The notes below the pieces were generated by a model. The model did not search any database. It was given only the letters and a program-made list of their open reading frames with translations, and was not told the origin of the DNA. From Oscillospiraceae bacterium (GTDB lineage Bacteria; Bacillota; Clostridia; UBA1381; UBA9506), in the NCBI GenBank assembly GCA_015069045.1, contig SVJJ01000003.1, positions 44,802 through 108,801 on the forward strand: a stretch of 64,000 nt of DNA. Reading direction: 5' to 3'. Made by a program: the position numbers and the translations under genes. Of the stretch, positions 9,930-19,668 are shown piece after piece. Numbering within the stretch: position 1 is the first letter of the stretch; every line of letters begins with the position of its first letter.

Positions 9930-11288
9930 GTGGTGTTGGTTGTACTCAGTTCTTTTTTGTTGAACACACTCTATACGTATTTGTTTGACCAAAAGAAAAT
10001 GGAAGTTTTAACCAGCGCAAATATTATTGCCAGCATGATTTCCGAAAATTTTACAGATGAGTATATTAACCATCGTTTACCGCAAATGCCATTGGAAAAA
10101 AATGCCCGTGCCATTGTGGTGAATACGGAAAGTATTGTTATATATGACTCCTACAAGGAAACCAGCATCAAGGATAAAACCTTTATCAATTATGCCATTA
10201 CAGATGCTCTTTCATCTGATGCCAAAAATATCTCTAATGCATATAAAGAAAATGGCAGTTGGTTCATTGATGCAGCTGTTCCCATTATTAAAAATACCCG
10301 AACCATTGGTGCCGTTTACCTTATCCAATCCGGCGATTCCACTGAAAGCATCATTCTTCATATTCGAAATGCTCTTTTTATGTTGGGTGGTTTAATTGTT
10401 GTATTCGTGGGTATTTTCAGCGCTTCCATGGCCAGCATTTTAACGCTACCCATAGAGCGATTTACCAAATTTATTAACAACATGCCAAAGGAAAGCTTGC
10501 AACATGTACCCGTGAACTCGCGAGATGAAATTGGTCAATTGGCTATCGCCTTTAATAGTTTAATTGATCGCATGGCCGAACTGGAAGACAAACGTCGCAC
10601 CTTTGTGTCCAATGCCTCTCACGAGTTAAAGACTCCCTTATCAATCATTAAACTTTTATCCGATTCCTTAATCCAAACAGAAAACCCGGATCCGGATTTT
10701 ATTAAGGAATTTTTAAGTGATATGAATAAAGAGGTGGAGCGCTTAACTCGTATTATTGAAAAACTTCTTGATATGACACAAATGGACTCCAGTGCCTTAA
10801 GTATGCAATTTATTCATACAGATGTTCGTGAACTTGTTCAAGAGGTTTGCGATAAGCTTGTTCCTCTTGCAAAAAATAAAGGGATTACCCTAACCTTAAA
10901 CCAGCCGGATGGTGAAGTCATTCTGCCCATTGAACGAGATACCTTAACGGAAGCCATATATAATATTGCTGATAACAGCATTAAATATACTGAATCGGGC
11001 GGCAGTGTTACCATGAGCGTAAGCCGGGATTTAGGTAATGTGTATATCGCCGTCAGCGATACCGGCATTGGTATTCCAAAAGAGGAAGTACAAAAAATAT
11101 TCGATCGTTTTTACCGGGTTGATAAGGCACGAGCAAGAGAAACAGGCGGCACAGGCTTAGGTCTCTCCATTGCCTTAGATGCAGTTAAATTGCATAACGG
11201 CCACATTGAAGTAAAAAGTGAAGAGGAGGCCGGCAGCCGTTTTACCATCGCCTTACCTTATAGCGAGGAGCCCCAGGAGGAAGTATGA
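9930..11288 (+). CDS. Sensor histidine kinase (TM - sensor domain - TM - HAMP - HisKA - HATPase)
   Basis: H-box FVSNASHELKTPL, N-box YNIADNSIKYT and G-boxes DTGIGIP / GGTGLGLSI are present. The 5' end is uncertain. The frame stays open upstream with no ATG/GTG/TTG, and there are ATT codons at 9852/9855 downstream of GGAG. Confidence 0.85.
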   Translation: MVLVVLSSFLLNTLYTYLFDQKKMEVLTSANIIASMISENFTDEYINHRLPQMPLEKNARAIVVNTESIVIYDSYKETSIKDKTFINYAITDALSSDAKNISNAYKENGSWFIDAAVPIIKNTRTIGAVYLIQSGDSTESIILHIRNALFMLGGLIVVFVGIFSASMASILTLPIERFTKFINNMPKESLQHVPVNSRDEIGQLAIAFNSLIDRMAELEDKRRTFVSNASHELKTPLSIIKLLSDSLIQTENPDPDFIKEFLSDMNKEVERLTRIIEKLLDMTQMDSSALSMQFIHTDVRELVQEVCDKLVPLAKNKGITLTLNQPDGEVILPIERDTLTEAIYNIADNSIKYTESGGSVTMSVSRDLGNVYIAVSDTGIGIPKEEVQKIFDRFYRVDKARARETGGTGLGLSIALDAVKLHNGHIEVKSEEEAGSRFTIALPYSEEPQEEV

Positions 11289-12421
11289 TTTATTTAGATA
11301 ACAGCGCCACCACCCGCCCATTCCCTCAGGTGATGACACTTATGGCAGACATGCAGCAGAATATTTTTGGCAATCCCTCCTCCCTACACCATGCAGGTGT
11401 TTTAGCTGAACGAGCCATAATGCAGGCACGGGAACAAGTTTTGGAGGCCTTTGGGCAGGAAGATGGTAACTTTATTTTTACTGCCGGCGGAACAGAAGCC
11501 AATAACTTGGCTATTTTAGGCACGATGCTTAGCCGTATACATCGCAGTCCGCGCATTATTACATCTAAAATAGAACACCCCTCCGTTATGGAGACCGTGT
11601 TATATTGTAAGAATTTGGGCGCCGATTGTCATTTCGTTGAAGTAGACAGTCAAGGACAAATTGACGAAGAACACTTTTGCTCATTACTGAACGAAGAAAC
11701 GGCTTTAGTCAGCATTATGTCTGTTAATAACGAGGTTGGCAGCATGCAGAATATTGCCAGGCTGTCTGCCATAACTAAAGCTGCAAATCCCAAGGCACTG
11801 TTCCATACAGATGCCGTGCAGGCCTTAGGGAAAATGCCCCTTTTTGTAAAGGAAAGTGGTGCAGATTTGGTTTCTGTCAGCAGTCACAAAATACATGGAC
11901 CAAAAGGAGCCGGCGGTCTTTTTATTCGCCGTGGCATTCATGTAAAGCCTATACTATTTGGCGGCGGCCAGGAAAAAGGCCTTCGTAGCGGCACGCAAAA
12001 CACCCCTGCCATTGCAGGTTTTGGGTTGGCCACGCAAATGACACTTGCCACCATGAAGAAAGACATTGTACAGATGGAACAACTCCGCTTACACCTACAG
12101 GAAGGTCTTGCAACCATTGCAGGATGTCAAGTAATAAAGGTTGCCAATCCAGCCCCACACATTGTATGTGCCACTTTTCCGGGTATTCGTTCTGAAACCC
12201 TCCTACATGCTTTAGAGGCACAACAAGTTTATGTTTCCAGCGGTTCTGCCTGTTCCTCTAACAAGCCACAGCTTAGTCCCACCCTGCTTGCTTTGGGTTA
12301 TAACCGCAAGGAAATAGAAGGGGCTCTACGCTTTAGTCTCAGCCCGCAAACCACCCTGAATGATATTAACGCAGCCATTGCCGCTACAAAAGAGCAAGTT
12401 GCTTTCTTGCGTAATGTATAG
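11285..12421 (+). CDS. Cysteine desulfurase (NifS/IscS class-V aminotransferase)
   Basis: LDNSATT, GGTEANN, PLP-lysine context SSHKIHGPKGAGGLF and active-site SSGSACSS are present. The ATG overlaps the kinase stop (ATGA). Confidence 0.85.
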   Translation: MIYLDNSATTRPFPQVMTLMADMQQNIFGNPSSLHHAGVLAERAIMQAREQVLEAFGQEDGNFIFTAGGTEANNLAILGTMLSRIHRSPRIITSKIEHPSVMETVLYCKNLGADCHFVEVDSQGQIDEEHFCSLLNEETALVSIMSVNNEVGSMQNIARLSAITKAANPKALFHTDAVQALGKMPLFVKESGADLVSVSSHKIHGPKGAGGLFIRRGIHVKPILFGGGQEKGLRSGTQNTPAIAGFGLATQMTLATMKKDIVQMEQLRLHLQEGLATIAGCQVIKVANPAPHIVCATFPGIRSETLLHALEAQQVYVSSGSACSSNKPQLSPTLLALGYNRKEIEGALRFSLSPQTTLNDINAAIAATKEQVAFLRNV

Positions 12422-12504
12422 ATTTTACCAAAGCCGCACAGACTATAAAACCGACAATACTTTATTTTAAAAGTCAGTATATCGCACAAATTGAGGTGTT
12501 CAAC

Positions 12505-13017
12505 ATGAAAAACATCGTTTTAGTTGGGTTTACAGGTGTAGGTAAAACCACTGTAGGTCGGCGTGTTGCCGCTAAATTGAAAATTGATTTTTATGATACA
12601 GATGAGGCTATTTGTCGTTGCGAAAAAACACCGGCCCATGTTCTTTTACAAAAAAAAGGCCCAAAATATTTCGAAGGTGCCCAACGCTTTGCCGTTTCAA
12701 CCTTAGCACAAAATGATGGATGCTTAATCTCCACTGGCGGAGATACTGTCACCGATGCCTTTAATCTATCTGTTTTGCAAGAAAACGGCATTTTATTTTG
12801 GTTGCGTGCCGATAGTCAAACCGTCTATCAAAACACCCGCCACTCTATTTCCAGGCGGCCGGAGCTTAAAAATGCATCGCTTTCTGACATAGCCGCTATG
12901 ATGGATGCACGGAAACCATTTTATGAAAAAGCCCACGTGGTAGTTGATGTGAATCATAACGATATAGATGGTGTAGCCGATGAAATTATTAGACAATACA
13001 AAGAACTGACAAAATAA
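12505..13017 (+). CDS. aroK: Shikimate kinase
   Basis: Walker A in VLVGFTGVGKTTVGR followed by DTDEAI. Size about 170 aa. GAGGTG lies upstream of the ATG at 12505. Confidence 0.8.
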   Translation: MKNIVLVGFTGVGKTTVGRRVAAKLKIDFYDTDEAICRCEKTPAHVLLQKKGPKYFEGAQRFAVSTLAQNDGCLISTGGDTVTDAFNLSVLQENGILFWLRADSQTVYQNTRHSISRRPELKNASLSDIAAMMDARKPFYEKAHVVVDVNHNDIDGVADEIIRQYKELTK

Positions 13018-13035
13018 TAGAAAGGATAAAAGCAT

Positions 13036-13377
13036 ATGAATAACTGTATTTTTTGCAAGATAATAAAAGGAGAAATCCCCTCTCAAAAGATTTACGAGGA
13101 TGATTTAGTGTATGCCTTTCACGATATTGCACCGGCTGCTCCGGTACATATTTTAATTATTCCTAAAACGCACATCCCTTGTCTACAAGAAACAGAACCT
13201 ACGCATCAAGCTCTATTGGGGCATATTTTGCTTACCGCCAAAAAATTAGCTTCTGAATTGGGTGTTGCTGAAGAGGGGTATCGCATTGTAAACAATTGTG
13301 GCGAAAAATCCGGACAAACGGTATTTCATCTTCATTTTCACCTGTTAGCCGGTGATACTTTTTCAAAACTTGTATAG
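13036..13377 (+). CDS. HIT-family (HinT-like) nucleotide hydrolase
   Basis: CIFCKII...IAPAAPVHILIIPK...HLHFHLL is the histidine-triad pattern. Confidence 0.9.
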   Translation: MNNCIFCKIIKGEIPSQKIYEDDLVYAFHDIAPAAPVHILIIPKTHIPCLQETEPTHQALLGHILLTAKKLASELGVAEEGYRIVNNCGEKSGQTVFHLHFHLLAGDTFSKLV

Positions 13378-13532
13378 TAATGATAATAAGAGAAGAAAAT
13401 TACAAACAGGTTATGATTGAAATCGGAAACCCTGCGTGCTTTTTGCTCCATCGTGCCCGAGGAAACCGTTGAACATGCATATGCTGATTTGCGTATAAAA
13501 TCTATTTAACAGAGGATATCATTGAGAAAGCG

Positions 13533-14132
13533 GTGAACATTATGTCAATTAATAAAAAACGTTTGGTAGTGGCTACAGGCAACGCCGGTAAACTACGGGA
13601 AATAAAGGAAATCCTTTCAGAATATGAGGTGTTAGGTGCTTCTGAACTCGGTCTTGTCTTTGATGCTGAAGAGAACGGTAATAGTTTTTGTGCAAATGCC
13701 ACTATTAAGGCAGAGGCTCTTAGGCAATTGACAAGTTGTGCTGTTTTGGCCGATGATTCAGGCTTATGCGTAGATGCTTTAATGGGCGCTCCGGGCATTT
13801 TTTCAGCTCGCTATGCAGGAGAAAATGCCAGCGACCAAGACAATGTGGACAAACTGCTGACAATGCTGGATGGTGTCCCATTAGAAGAGCGAAGTGCCCG
13901 ATTTGTTTGCGCCATATGTCTAATTACGGAAGATGGGAAAAAGATATACGGCGAAGGAACCTGTGAGGGTCGTATTTTGCTCTCGCCTCAGGGAACCGGT
14001 GGTTTCGGCTATGACCCTATATTTTATTCTCTTGATTATCAAAAGAGTTTTGGTGTCCTTTTACCCGAGCAAAAAAATGCCATCAGTCATAGGCGGAGAG
14101 CATTAGAGGATTTAAAAAAGAAAATGAAATAA
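13533..14132 (+). CDS. rdgB: Non-canonical purine NTP pyrophosphatase (RdgB/HAM1)
   Basis: VVATGNAGKLREI...DDSGLCVDAL.GAPGIFSARY...GFGYDPIF are family signatures. The start is either GTG at 13533 or ATG at 13542. Confidence 0.9.
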   Translation: MNIMSINKKRLVVATGNAGKLREIKEILSEYEVLGASELGLVFDAEENGNSFCANATIKAEALRQLTSCAVLADDSGLCVDALMGAPGIFSARYAGENASDQDNVDKLLTMLDGVPLEERSARFVCAICLITEDGKKIYGEGTCEGRILLSPQGTGGFGYDPIFYSLDYQKSFGVLLPEQKNAISHRRRALEDLKKKMK

Positions 14133-14239
14133 ATACTATTACAGATGAATTTTGACAGATTCTATAAATAATAAATTGACAAATACACTTTTTTCTTGAC
14201 AAAGAAAAATAGATGTGGTAAAATGGGTGTAGTGAATAT

Positions 14240-14336
14240 CACACAAATAAATATCGGGGAGCCAATAGGCTGAGAGGAAACTTTGTTTCGACCCGCAACC
14301 TGATTTGGGTAATGCCAACGTAGGGAATATTTCATG
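14240..14336 (+). promoter_or_regulatory. TPP (THI-box) riboswitch aptamer
   Basis: CGGGGAGCC...GGCUGAGAGG...ACCCGCAACCUGAUUUGGGUAAUGCCAACGUAGGGAA matches the conserved THI-box cores (CUGAGA, ACCUGAU, UAAUGCC, GUAGGGAA). It lies directly upstream of thiT. Confidence 0.9.
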
Positions 14337-14346
14337 ATTGCTTTGC

Positions 14347-14390
14347 AACGGAAACAGTCTGCGCGTGGCTGTTTCCGTTTTTTATTTTTA
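14347..14390 (+). terminator. Riboswitch expression-platform terminator
   Basis: AACGGAAACAG-N11-CTGTTTCCGTT forms an 11-bp stem followed by TTTTTATTTTT, 20 nt before the thiT ATG. Confidence 0.85.
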
Positions 14391-14410
14391 ACTTTTAGGA
14401 GGAGATACAT

Positions 14411-15055
14411 ATGAAAACAAAAAAAATAGTAACAACAGCCATGTTAATTGCCGTTGCTGCGGTACTATCAATTTTTCAACCCTTTCAACTCCCCTTTGGC
14501 GGCGGTATAACGATTGCGTCTATGATGCCAATCATTATCATAGCCTATTGCTACGGCACAAAATGGGGGCTTTATTCTGCCTTCATATTCAGCTTGGTAC
14601 AACTGTTAATGGGCATGAAAACCGTAACTGCATTCTTCATGCCGGGGGATGAGCAAATGGCTTTTGGGAAAGCAATTTGCGTTTGTCTATTGGATTATAT
14701 TGTGGCCTATACTGTGCTTGGTTTTGGCGGCATATTTAAAAATAAGTTAAAACAGGGTCGCCATGGGGTCGCCATTTGCCTTGGTACAATTGTTGCGTTG
14801 CTGTTGCGCTATATCACTCACGTTGTATCCGGCGCTATCTTCTTTGGTGCCTGGGCTGATTGGTTTTTCGGTCAGGAGGGATTCTATTTAGGCGCAAAGA
14901 TTTTGGAAACTTTTTCTGGCGGTGGATTAGCTTGTATTTACTCTATAATCTATAACGGTACTTACATGATTCCCGAAATAATCATTACAGCTGTGATAAC
15001 ACCTATTGTATATAAGGCATTAGTCAGCGCTCAGTTAGTCGACCAAAATATGTAG
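14411..15055 (+). CDS. thiT: ECF-transporter S component for thiamine (ThiT-like)
   Basis: Six-TM small membrane protein. The LPFGGGITIASMMPIII pattern is typical of S components. Its control by a TPP riboswitch supports the thiamine assignment. Confidence 0.75.
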   Translation: MKTKKIVTTAMLIAVAAVLSIFQPFQLPFGGGITIASMMPIIIIAYCYGTKWGLYSAFIFSLVQLLMGMKTVTAFFMPGDEQMAFGKAICVCLLDYIVAYTVLGFGGIFKNKLKQGRHGVAICLGTIVALLLRYITHVVSGAIFFGAWADWFFGQEGFYLGAKILETFSGGGLACIYSIIYNGTYMIPEIIITAVITPIVYKALVSAQLVDQNM

Positions 15056-15065
15056 CTATAAACGT

Positions 15066-15116
15066 AAAGAAGGCTGCTACACAACAAATAAGTTATGTAA
15101 CAGCCTTCTTTTTATA
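15066..15116. terminator. Bidirectional terminator (thiT / M42 gene)
   Basis: AAAGAAGGCTG...CAGCCTTCTTT forms an 11-bp outer stem with partial inner pairing, followed by a T-run. Confidence 0.65.
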
Positions 15117-16101
15117 TGCCTTTTTCAATGAGCGCCGTTGTCAGCGCTACTACCTGTTCTAAATCATCTGCGTGTATCATTTCACCCGGTGTATGAATAT
15201 ATCGCGTGGGAATGGATATGCAACCTGAGGGTACGCCGCCACCGGATACATGAACAGCACCGGCATCCGTACCGCCCTTCTCCAGCACTTCCGCCTGCCA
15301 CTTAATGTTTCCTTCCTCGCACAGCAGTTTTAACCTGTCTTTAATAACAGGATGTGCGAGCATAGAGTGGTCCATGATTTTTATGGCCGCGCCATCTCCT
15401 AGCCGCACCGACATTTTAGGCCCCGAGGCTGTATCACCTGTTCGTGTTACATCAAGTGCCACAGCATAATCCGGTGCAATGCTGACGGCTACAGCCTTAG
15501 CGCCTCTTAATCCCAACTCTTCGCTTATGGTAAACACAGCATAAATATCTTGTTTGTTATCAGTGGCCTGTTGCATAGCTCTAATTAAAGCATAACAACC
15601 GGCTCGATTATCCAAAGCCTTAGATATAACGTAGCCGCCTTGGGTTGCAAACCCACCCACAAAAGCTGCTCCTTCTCCCAACGTAATACGCTCGGCCGCT
15701 TCGGTTTCATTTTTTGCACCAATATCCACATATAAATTGCCTAGTTTCAATTCCTTTAACACATCGCTTTCTTGGCCGTTTGGCACCAAAACACCCTCGG
15801 CACCGCCGACAAAACGAACACGTTGATAAAGAGCTGCATGGAGAGATACACCTCCCAGCGCCGAAACGTATACCTGTCCCTTTTCACCAAAACATGTAGC
15901 GACAAGACCAATTTCATCCATATGGGCACATAGCATTAGTTTTTTTCCATTTCCCTTTTTATACACAATTAAATTGCCTAAAGCATCTTGATACATATCA
16001 TCAGCATAGGGGGTAAGTTCCCGTTTAACAATCAATGACATAGCTTCCTCACAGCCGGAAGGCGCTATTGTTTCACAAAGCTCTTGTAATAATCTTAGCA
16101 T
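15112..16101 (-). CDS. M42-family metallo-aminopeptidase (paralogue 3)
   Basis: PSGCEE...LMLCAHMDEIG...KALDNRAGC...ISEELGLRGA...YIHTP matches the FrvX/YsdC/TET pattern. Confidence 0.85.
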   Translation of the reverse strand: MLRLLQELCETIAPSGCEEAMSLIVKRELTPYADDMYQDALGNLIVYKKGNGKKLMLCAHMDEIGLVATCFGEKGQVYVSALGGVSLHAALYQRVRFVGGAEGVLVPNGQESDVLKELKLGNLYVDIGAKNETEAAERITLGEGAAFVGGFATQGGYVISKALDNRAGCYALIRAMQQATDNKQDIYAVFTISEELGLRGAKAVAVSIAPDYAVALDVTRTGDTASGPKMSVRLGDGAAIKIMDHSMLAHPVIKDRLKLLCEEGNIKWQAEVLEKGGTDAGAVHVSGGGVPSGCISIPTRYIHTPGEMIHADDLEQVVALTTALIEKGI

Positions 16102-17110
16102 GATGTACCTCCTGTATCCATAATCGCGTCAAATCGCAAACTGCCTGATAGTCTGCCAGGGATATAACGCTTGATGGGGAATGAATATAACGAGCCGGCA
16201 CAGAAATAGATGCCGTAAGCACGCCACCTGCCGATACATGAATGCTCCCTGCATCATTTCCCCCTGTTGCGGTTTGTTTAAATTGTACCGGAATATTGTG
16301 GGATTGGGCCAATTGATATAAGGTCTGCGCCAATTCCCGATTATAACTGGTTGCGCCATCAACTAAGGAAATTGCCGCACCTCCTCCTAAATAGGTGGAT
16401 ACCATGTTCCGGTCCATTTGAGGTAAGTCCGAGCATGTTGTTGCCTCTAACACCAGCGCCATGGTGGGCTGAACCCGTCTTGCACAAAGCCGCGCTCCTC
16501 GCAGACCGGTTTCCTCCTGTACAGTAAAGGCAAAACAACAATTCCACACACAAGGCTCCTGTATCAGTTCCAGTAAAATAGAACACCCCACCCGATCATC
16601 TAACGCCTTTGCCTTAACGAGACCATCCCCAAAGGGAATATAGGCGCTGTCAAACACAACATAATCCCCAACAGCTACCCTTTTTTGGGCCTCTTCCTGA
16701 TTGCAAGCACCAATATCTATATATAAATCCTTCATCACAGGCGCTTTTTTTCGCTCTTCGGGCGTCAGAAGATGAATAGCTTTGCGGCCGATAACACCAA
16801 TAAAACCCCCAGTGCCGATTCGAACACGCTTGGAAACAAGAACTCTTGGGTCAAGACTACCAACAGCTTTAAATTTTAGAAAACCATCCTCTGTGATACG
16901 GCTAATAATAAGCCCAACCTCGTCCATATGGGCACAAAGCATGAGAGTTTTATCCACATTGCCTGTACCTCGTTTATAAGCCATAAGATTGCCCATAGAA
17001 TCCACTTCTATATTATCACAAAATGGAGCAATCCGTTCTTTAATATAGGCCCGTACAGCATTTTCGTTACCGGAAACGCCGGGGAGCTCTGTTAATTCTG
17101 ATAGGTACAT
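16073..17110 (-). CDS. M42-family metallo-aminopeptidase (paralogue 2)
   Basis: LPGVSGNE...LMLCAHMDEVG...KALDDRVGC...VQEETGLRGA...YIHSP. The internal ATG at 17110 was chosen. It overlaps the stop of the upstream paralogue by 19 nt. Confidence 0.85.
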   Translation of the reverse strand: MYLSELTELPGVSGNENAVRAYIKERIAPFCDNIEVDSMGNLMAYKRGTGNVDKTLMLCAHMDEVGLIISRITEDGFLKFKAVGSLDPRVLVSKRVRIGTGGFIGVIGRKAIHLLTPEERKKAPVMKDLYIDIGACNQEEAQKRVAVGDYVVFDSAYIPFGDGLVKAKALDDRVGCSILLELIQEPCVWNCCFAFTVQEETGLRGARLCARRVQPTMALVLEATTCSDLPQMDRNMVSTYLGGGAAISLVDGATSYNRELAQTLYQLAQSHNIPVQFKQTATGGNDAGSIHVSAGGVLTASISVPARYIHSPSSVISLADYQAVCDLTRLWIQEVHHAKIITRAL

Positions 17111-18135
17111 GCAAGAGCCTCCAAATCTAAATTTTGCAGCATAGCCGAAATAAGAGAACCAACCGCACACACATCATCATAGTGTAGGGTTTCCACCGTT
17201 GTATGCATATAACGTAAAGGAATAGAAAGAAGTAGCACGGGAATTCCGGCCTTCGCCACCTGCACAGCCCATGCGTCAGTTCCCGTATCCCCACCATCAG
17301 CATCATAGGAAACGGCAATATTCTCTTTTTTAGCCATATCTTTTGCCAAGGTTGACAAATACGGATGAATGTTAGGACCAAAGCTAATAACAGCTCCACT
17401 ACCCAGCTTAAAAATGCTTTCAGAACCACCATCCGGTGTATCCCCATGGCATACATCCACCACAAATGCGCAATCCGGTGCCAATCGCTCGCTGACCATA
17501 GCAGCACCGCGCAAGCCAACCTCCTCCTGCACAGCAGCAACAACATACAAGGTAAAAGGCAACGTTTTATCCTTAAGGGATTCTAAACATAAAAGTAAAG
17601 AGATGAATCCTGCTCTATCGTCAAAGCTTTTGCCAGATACAACCAAATCGTTTAATGATTCTGTTTTTTGGGCAAAGCATACCATGTCGCCCACGGCTAT
17701 TTTTTTCCGCACCGTTTCAGCTGAAAGCCCAACATCAATAACCATCTCCGAAATTTTGGTTGCCTCCTTAGCGCCACCAGTTTGTAAATGAGGCGGTTTA
17801 GCACCAATAACACCAAAAAGAATTTCCCTGCCGTAAACTCGCACCTCAGTTCCCGATAAAATAGCGCTATCCACACCGCCAACCGGCACAAAAGACAAAA
17901 AACCTTCCTCACTAATACCGGATACCATAAGACCAATACCATCTATGTGAGCCTCAAGCATAACTTTAGGTGCCTTAGGGTCAGCAGCCGGAATGATGCC
18001 CACCACGTTGCCCATAACATCCGCTTCGACTGATGTGCAATAGGATGATAACAGCTTACAAACCTGCTCCTGCAAAGAAAATTCAAAGCCAGATATACCA
18101 TCTGCGGCAGCTAAATTGAATAACGTATTCATCAT
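17092..18135 (-). CDS. M42-family metallo-aminopeptidase (paralogue 1)
   Basis: ADGISGFE...VMLEAHIDGIG...KSFDDRAGF...VQEEVGLRGA...YMHT. The start overlaps the murD stop (ATGA). Confidence 0.85.
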   Translation of the reverse strand: MMNTLFNLAAADGISGFEFSLQEQVCKLLSSYCTSVEADVMGNVVGIIPAADPKAPKVMLEAHIDGIGLMVSGISEEGFLSFVPVGGVDSAILSGTEVRVYGREILFGVIGAKPPHLQTGGAKEATKISEMVIDVGLSAETVRKKIAVGDMVCFAQKTESLNDLVVSGKSFDDRAGFISLLLCLESLKDKTLPFTLYVVAAVQEEVGLRGAAMVSERLAPDCAFVVDVCHGDTPDGGSESIFKLGSGAVISFGPNIHPYLSTLAKDMAKKENIAVSYDADGGDTGTDAWAVQVAKAGIPVLLLSIPLRYMHTTVETLHYDDVCAVGSLISAMLQNLDLEALACTYQN

Positions 18136-19487
18136 AAGCGGTTCACCAGTTCCTTAAATAAATTTCCTCGCTCCTCAAAATTACGAAACATATCAAAGCT
18201 TGTGCTGGCATTAGAAAGAAGAACAACATCGCTCTGTGTTGCTTGCTCTTTTGCTGTCTGCACCGCTTGTTCATAGGTATCTGCATAAATAATGGGCACA
18301 TTGGGTGCAAATTGTGCTGCTACCTTACTAATAACATCGGCTGTGGCGCCAATTAAAATGAGTGTTTTTACATGGTCACGAATGGCAGGCCCCAATTCAT
18401 CATAAGGAATTCCCTTATCCTTGCCGCCTGCAATAAGCACCACCGGTTGCGAAAAGACAGACAATGTATTTTTAGTGCGGTTTGGTGAAGAATCAATAGA
18501 ACTATTATAATAGCGAACCCCATTTAACTCACGAACAAATTCAATACGGTGGGCTACGCCCCCAAAGGTCGACCCACAATGTTGTATCTGTTTCTCCTCC
18601 ACCATTGGGTACACAGCCCCTATAGCGGCCATATAGTTTTCAATATTATGGTTGCCGGGTATACGAATTTGACGAGTATCTAAAATGGATTTATTGCCAT
18701 AAACAATTTCTGTACCCTGTAAGCAAATATCTGCCTGTTGCTGTCTTGAAAAGGTTATACAATCTCCCTTAAGCTCCGGAATAAAAGAGCGGGTCACTTC
18801 GTTATCTAAATTGAGTATTGCCAAATCTATGGGGTTTTGATGCATAAAAATATTCTTTTTAGCCTCAATATATTCCTGATAATCGGTGTGATAATCTAAA
18901 TGATTGGGACTAATGTTGGTTACAACTGCTGTTTGAGGACTTTTTGTCATGGTTTGCAACTGAAAGCTGGAAAGTTCCAAAACCACCCGGTCCTCAGACT
19001 GTATAGTATCAATTGCAGGCAAAAGAGGCTTGCCTATGTTACCACCAACATGGGTCGTAAAGCCTGCTGCCGATAAAAGCTGATAAATTAATGTGGTGGT
19101 GGTGGTTTTACCATCGCTCCCCGTTACCGCTGTTATATGAGCAGGACAGAGCTCCATAAACACATCCATCTCCGTTGTCACTGGAATACCCTGCTCCATA
19201 GCTGCAACCAATGCCGGTACGTCAGGCCTTAAACCAGGCGTTTTAAAGATAAGTTCGCCAGAAAGATTAGATAAATAGTTCTCTCCCAGGTGTAAGGAAA
19301 CACCCATGTTTTGCAATTGTGTTGCCGTTTCGCCCAGCTCTGCTTTACTTTTTCTATCACAAGCCGTAACGCGAGCACCCTGTTGTGCCAAATACGTAAT
19401 AAGAGGCAAATGACTAATGCCAATGCCCACAACGCATATTTCCTTATTATTTAAATCCTTTTTCCAGGCTGTAAGCTTTGTATTCAA
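18132..19487 (-). CDS. murD: UDP-N-acetylmuramoyl-L-alanine--D-glutamate ligase
   Basis: VVGIGISH...ITAVTGSDGKTTTTTL (Mur ligase P-loop), DYHTDYQEY and about 450 aa. TTG at 19487 follows AGAGGGG. The ORF track extends to 19637. Confidence 0.85.
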   Translation of the reverse strand: MNTKLTAWKKDLNNKEICVVGIGISHLPLITYLAQQGARVTACDRKSKAELGETATQLQNMGVSLHLGENYLSNLSGELIFKTPGLRPDVPALVAAMEQGIPVTTEMDVFMELCPAHITAVTGSDGKTTTTTLIYQLLSAAGFTTHVGGNIGKPLLPAIDTIQSEDRVVLELSSFQLQTMTKSPQTAVVTNISPNHLDYHTDYQEYIEAKKNIFMHQNPIDLAILNLDNEVTRSFIPELKGDCITFSRQQQADICLQGTEIVYGNKSILDTRQIRIPGNHNIENYMAAIGAVYPMVEEKQIQHCGSTFGGVAHRIEFVRELNGVRYYNSSIDSSPNRTKNTLSVFSQPVVLIAGGKDKGIPYDELGPAIRDHVKTLILIGATADVISKVAAQFAPNVPIIYADTYEQAVQTAKEQATQSDVVLLSNASTSFDMFRNFEERGNLFKELVNRL

Positions 19488-19668
19488 TAAAACCCCTCTT
19501 TTCGGTAGATAATTCTGGTAAATATGCCTGCCCAATCTTTCTTTATTATACAACATTTTATTACCATTGTAAAGAAAATTATACCAAGGGACTCCCTTAG
19601 AAAAATATGTTGAAAAACATCGAAAAATGCGGTACAATAATGGTATAAATTAAAAAAGGGAGAACACC

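Noticed and set aside
14139-14410. ORFs 14139..14348 and 14162..14410 (minus strand)
   Set aside because: They lie antisense across the TPP riboswitch and its terminator. They have no RBS and junk-like composition.
17127-17791. ORFs of about 140 aa (17127..17546 minus, 17369..17791 plus) and similar long shadow ORFs elsewhere (39192..39608, 41606..42082, 53667..54053, 56634..57110, 58518..58904, 37945..38334)
   Set aside because: All lie in alternative frames or antisense inside genes with strong family signatures. Their composition is typical of shadow ORFs.
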